Source: Paraglomus brasilianum
Lineage: Eukaryota
DNA length: 42,469 bases
Direction of reading: 5' to 3'
Assembly: GCA_910592345.1 (NCBI GenBank)
Contig: CAJVPI010000208.1
Coordinates: 1 to 42,469 of the forward strand
The position numbers and the translations under genes were made by a program. The notes below the pieces were generated by a model. That model had not been told where the DNA came from and made no database searches. It saw nothing but the letters and a program-made list of their open reading frames with translations. Position 1 is the stretch's first letter. Each line of letters begins with the position of its first letter. Below are positions 38,100 to 42,469 of the stretch, in pieces.

Positions 38100-38310
38100 A
38101 TGCAAGCTGTTCCCCTTTTTGCGTTCAACTACAGCTTTAATTCTCTGGACAAGATTTTCTGTCGATTGTCTAATGACGTTATTTACCATTCGATACCATT
38201 CGATACCATTCGATGCCATTCCATGCCATTCGATACCATTCCATTCGGTACCCACGATGATTGCTTTCTCTTTGCTTGCCTAACTTTTCTCTCCAACTTA
38301 TTCCATATAT
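38100..38310 (-). mobile_element. Tc1-family transposase C-terminal fragment interrupted by a micro-satellite
   Basis: Minus strand IWNKLERKVRQ upstream of the repeat and ENLVQRIKAVVERKKG downstream of it (WxxLERxVR and RIKAV..KG patterns). Confidence 0.5.
38186..38245. repeat. (CCATT-CGATA)n-type 5/10-bp tandem repeat
   Basis: ccatt cgata ccatt cgata ccatt cgatg ccatt ccatg ccatt cgata ccatt ccatt. Confidence 0.9.
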
Positions 38311-39009
38311 ACCATATATACCAGTTACGGACAGAAATGCTCGTTCAATTCGTTATTATCGCGGGGAGGGGAGGAGGGTTAAGAAATAGAGATTTTTTTA
38401 TTTATTTTTTTTTTTTTTGCAGATAATGTAAAATAAAGTTCTACTATTATTTACTGCTTTAATAATATTTACAATCATACCGAATTCATAGCATAACCTT
38501 GTCCATCCCACACCACACGCCATTGCCCCTGAAGAATTATTACAGTTGGTAGTGCCGATCTATTGAATAGCGAAACATTTACTTGATTTGTCAATCGCTG
38601 TCATATAAGCCATCATTTTATAGTAGCTGTTTCCCCCTAGAGAGTCGATTTGGCAAGACGCAAGTCGGAGCCCATGACATGATATTGTAGTACACCTCCT
38701 ACAAATACTCTTTTGGACTAATATGGCTGTGGCTGTGGCATTCGTTGGAAAATCTCTCCAAGCGATCATTTCTTTAGGGCCGAACGATGAGGTTTAACAA
38801 TCATAGTTTGAAGACGTTAATCAAGATGAACAAAGTCTTTTTCTTTTTTTAAAAAACTGGGTTTCCTATAATAACCGGGCTTATATGACAATCACATAGA
38901 TCTTTTATTGGTAGGGCGATAAACTTTTGTTCGCTGCAAGGTTTTATTAGACAAAAACATACACGATCTTCTTATGTTAGTATTGTTGTATTTGCATCCA
39001 TGTCGGTCA

Positions 39010-39063
39010 TTCTTCTTTTTCGTCTTCTTCTTCTTCTTCATTCTTCTTCTTCTTTTCCTCTTC
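39010..39063. repeat. Imperfect (CTT)n microsatellite
   Basis: Runs of tcttcttc... Confidence 0.7.
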
Positions 39064-40006
39064 TGAACATCAATATGATCGTTGATATCATATCATCGAC
39101 CCGTCATATCTAATCATTTATTGAAGTTCGACTCTTGTACGCGGAGTATGCCGAAGTGCAAACGATTTATTGTATCCGTCGCAATGAAACATCATCATAA
39201 TTGCCATTTGCCAATTTCAAAGGTACAAACGCAACGAAAAAGAATGGATGAGCCGAGAACAAATTCAACAATGCAACGATATAACAATGAAAGCGACCTG
39301 CTTCTTGTTATATAATATTGGATGTTATAAACAAATAATATTGCACACGTGTAGTATACAACATGTCTTTCATAATAAAACGCCCGCGGTTCAATCCACT
39401 ATACGAGCAAGGATTTCCGAATACAACATTTGTTTTGCAACACAGCTAAACACAAAAGGCATAATACAAAAAAAAGTATGACATAGGTTGGCTTCTTTGT
39501 TATCGGTATTGCTATTGACAAATGTTGCATGTTACTGTATGTACATGTACCTCTGACCACGTTGTTCATTGTGTTATTACTTATAATGCTCCATTATCGT
39601 ATATATGTACAATATATACATATACAATAGACAATATACAATACAATGTACTTATGTGTGTATATGTATGTATGTTTATCAGTTGTAAACCAGATCAACA
39701 TCTGAATGACAAATGCAATTCCACCAAGACGCACACACCAATTAATATAAATAAGGGCATTTCTCCTACTCTTCATGTTACTTGTTATAAACCTTTTTTT
39801 TTCCCCACATAACTGAAATTTTGTTCTCTTATGACCGGAAAGAAAAAATAGTCCAGTTCATTAATTAAGCGTCCTTTATTCTTTACTTGTGCCGTGTACA
39901 AATAATTATATTTATTTGTTATTATTCGTATAACAACGTCGAGTTTGATCACCCGGATTCATAAAACTGTAGATTAAAAAGGAAAGCAAGTATAATCAAC
40001 GTTTAC

Positions 40007-40934
40007 ATGTCAAGAATGAGAGCTCCCTGGTCCGAGGAGGTAAAGAAAATATAAAAGAGTTGTAGGGAAAAAAAAAAAAAGTGGGTGGGGAAGGGAAAGC
40101 AGGACAAATTCGTAGCAACGATCAAAAAACCATGGCGCCCGAGATTGCGATAAATCGTATAAAAAAGTAGAGCGAAAAAGAACATTGATTTACATAATAA
40201 AGATCTCGAATGTCATATATTTATTCAACTCTCCTTCCGTCGACAACTGCAGGAGGACGCGCGCTTAAGGGATCTGGTTCAGGCTTACGGACAAAAGTGG
40301 CAAAAGATCTCGACCATAATCAAAATGCGCGAAGCGAAGCAATGCAGGGAGAGGTAAATATTAACAAAACCCTCTTGTCAGTTGACATTATAACCACCAG
40401 AATCGTGGTGTTAATCAGACTAATATCAGCGTTTTTCTGTTACTTTCATTGCTCGCTTGTAATCGAAAAGATGGTCAAACCACCTACGACCCGACAGTAA
40501 GTGAATTAACGATTTGACTAATTACCATAAATAGTATTTATACGTTCATACTCCCTACTTTTGTTTCCGCTAACTTATTAACCCATCGTTCTAACCCCTA
40601 TAACACTTTCATTTTTTGGTTCTTTCCCTTTCCTTATCCGGCTCACTCAGTTGACAAGTCCCCTCTAAAAGAATACGAGAAGCAAAAAATTCGCATCTTA
40701 CAACGTAAATTTGGCTGTAAATGGACCGAAATTGCGGCTCAAATTCCTGGAAGAACTGGTCTTATGGTAAAAAACTATTGGTACAACGAGGAAAAGAGAG
40801 CCAAGCACCAAATGAGAAACAAGATGGCTATCAGCAGATTGCTTCTTTCGCCTAATGAGATAGAAGAGCAGGTGAGTAATTGGATGGAAATGGCACGAGG
40901 CAAGGAGTTTGAAATTGTTTTCCCGGCACAATGA
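40007..40934 (+). CDS. Small two-repeat (R2R3-type, FlbD-like) Myb transcription factor (~136-147 aa)
   Basis: Exons 40007-40039, 40253-40353, 40471-40496, 40651-40934 (or 40651-40871 plus 41041-41070). Protein MSRMRAPWSEEEDARLRDLVQAYGQKWQKISTIIKMREAKQCRERWSNHLRPDIDKSPLKEYEKQKIRILQRKFGCKWTEIAAQIPGRTGLMVKNYWYNEEKRAKHQMRNKMAISRLL...; not visible in the ORF track. Confidence 0.92.
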
Positions 40935-41216
40935 ATTCGCTCTCCGGCATTACCCGATTTAAATCGACGACCGTTTTCCCATTACTATTGCTAATTCATG
41001 AATCATTTGGTTACACAAACCTCAATATCCCCTTATACAGACATCATACGAACCATTTGATTATGTATAATCAAGCAAGATGGTTGCTAACCGCGTAATC
41101 ACAATTGGATACCTGTACATTATTCTTTTTCTCTCTTACTCTACGTCTACCCTCTTTTTAATTCTCGGTAATTCGGGAAACACATGCATGATATACGGAA
41201 ATATGATCAACTTATG

Positions 41217-41397
41217 GTAACGAAGACTCATCGAATGAGACTATATGTAACGAAGACTCATCGAATGAGACTATATGTAACGAAGGCTCATCGGATGAGA
41301 CTATATGTAACGAAGACTCATCAAATGAGACTATATGTAACGAAGACTCATCGGATGAGACTATATGTAACGAAGACTCATCGGATGAGACTATATG
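41217..41397. repeat. 30-bp minisatellite, 6 copies
   Basis: Unit GTAACGAAG(A/G)CTCATC(G/A)(A/G)ATGAGACTATAT, head to tail with no spacers. Confidence 0.97.
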
Positions 41398-42332
41398 CTA
41401 CTATTACGAACTAAGTTTTTTTTTTTTTTTTTTTCAAAAAGAAGCAAATTAATTTATTTTATGGTAATCCAATACTGGCATCTTCATCCAAATTTACAGT
41501 AACGCCTCACTTTTACTTATGATTTCTCTTCCTTTCCCTTGAACACACCGTCATCATTTATGGTTTACTTTTCCATGTCATTTCTCTATGATTTCTCTTT
41601 ATATACTGCAAATGAATAAACTTCAACTCTAATGATATGCTCGTACCTAATTACCAATTTAAGTCTTATCGTCCATCGTCTGTTATTAGTACCTCCATTA
41701 TTCATTGTCCCCTCGGACTAGTGCAACATAAGTTTTATTTTTCCGAAATAATAGTGGAAAGACATACATAATTTTAGCTCCGCATTTTCATTAATGCTGA
41801 TGGTGTTTGGACATGTGTTTATGCGGGGAAGCACGAACGGACATTGCCCACAAAGTCGGAAATTCCCCTAATAGTATTGGTGGATGTTGATTATGTGAGA
41901 AGAGGTTCCTACAAGGATAAGCTGGGATGTCGGTGTTGATTAAAGTTAATTTGATAGAATTAAAGTCAATTCGTTTTTGCGGTAGAGAACCATATCAACG
42001 GCACCCCCCATGTTGAATGAAGCCATTGATGATAAGGTACTGAGGCGAGAATCCCCTCATGTGGCAAATAACTAAAAGTGGATATGTGACATTCGTTTGT
42101 AAACACCCTGCATTATCGTCCACCGCAACGTGAGCTTTTAACGTTTCTTGAAATAATTATTTCATAATGAATACTATTTTCTGTTTCCTTGTCTTTTTTG
42201 TTTCCTTTCTTCGTATAGGGCGATTGTTACCTTTGTCTCCCTGATGAGACATGATTGGTTCAACTTGCTCAAATCATGCTTGTCCAATGAGAATCGTAAA
42301 TGAAAAAAAAACTTACTTCGAGGATCAACTAT

Positions 42333-42444
42333 CTGGCCCGTAGCGAAATCCAGCCCGATTCGCAATACCAATAATAATAAACGATATCTAATTAATGTTC
42401 TGGCCCGTTGCGAAATTCAGTCCGATTCAAAATCGGGCTGGCCC
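42333..42444. repeat. GC-rich direct plus inverted repeat cluster, possibly a transposon subterminal region
   Basis: CTGGCCCGTAGCGAAATCCAGCCCGATTC (42333-42361) recurs at 42400-42428 with 3 mismatches, followed by the inverted AATCGGGCTGG. Confidence 0.6.
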
Positions 42445-42469
42445 AGTTCGAAATAAGCACATTTTATTT

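Noticed and set aside
38031..38283. ORFs with EWNGIEW / HSIPF repeats
   Set aside because: Translation artefacts of the CCATT/CGATA microsatellite.
32282..39812. Numerous 60-115 aa ORFs in the gene-poor region
   Set aside because: Compositionally random I/Y/C/F-rich translations typical of AT-rich non-coding DNA, often with non-ATG starts and no recognisable motifs.
40210..40500. 96-aa ORF in the track
   Set aside because: Wrong frame; it overlaps Myb exons 2-3, whose real frame gives KQCRERW.
41217..41397. CRISPR array, hammerhead ribozyme multimer (CGGATGAG...CGAAG) or the repeat ORF 41184-41414
   Set aside because: Units are contiguous with no unique spacers, and the context is eukaryotic. 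The hammerhead core needs CUGANGA and GAAA plus stems I and III, which are absent. The ORF is a by-product of a stop-free 30-nt unit.

Overview
AT-rich, intron-rich fungal genomic DNA. The Argonaute, the Myb family and the intron style suggest an early-diverging Mucoromycota/Glomeromycotina-like fungus (inference). Layout: (i) 1-3.4 kb is a pile of TA-flanked Tc1/mariner/pogo remnants and MITEs. (ii) 3.9-20.5 kb is a compact block of six spliced genes: a small Cys-rich membrane protein, a LEA_2-type membrane protein, a UBE3D/Ipa1-like HECT-like protein, a 14-exon Argonaute, LIP2 octanoyltransferase and a Ynd1-type apyrase. Intron 1 of the UBE3D-like gene holds a box H/ACA RNA predicted to guide U2 pseudouridylation (snR81/SCARNA4-like). 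(iii) 20.6-40 kb looks empty in the ORF track but holds two divergently transcribed three-exon genes for 47-aa and 49-aa single-repeat Myb microproteins. (iv) A small R2R3-type Myb gene at 40.0-41.0 kb shares the microproteins' first two intron positions and 101-nt second exon. The microproteins show purifying selection, have lost the third Trp and several base-contacting residues, and both promoters carry clusters of HMG-box-type (ATTGTT) and E2F-type (TTTCCCGC) sites. The best candidate for an undescribed system is this Myb / Myb-microprotein locus. All gene models were built by hand from splice signals and reading frame; no database search was possible.
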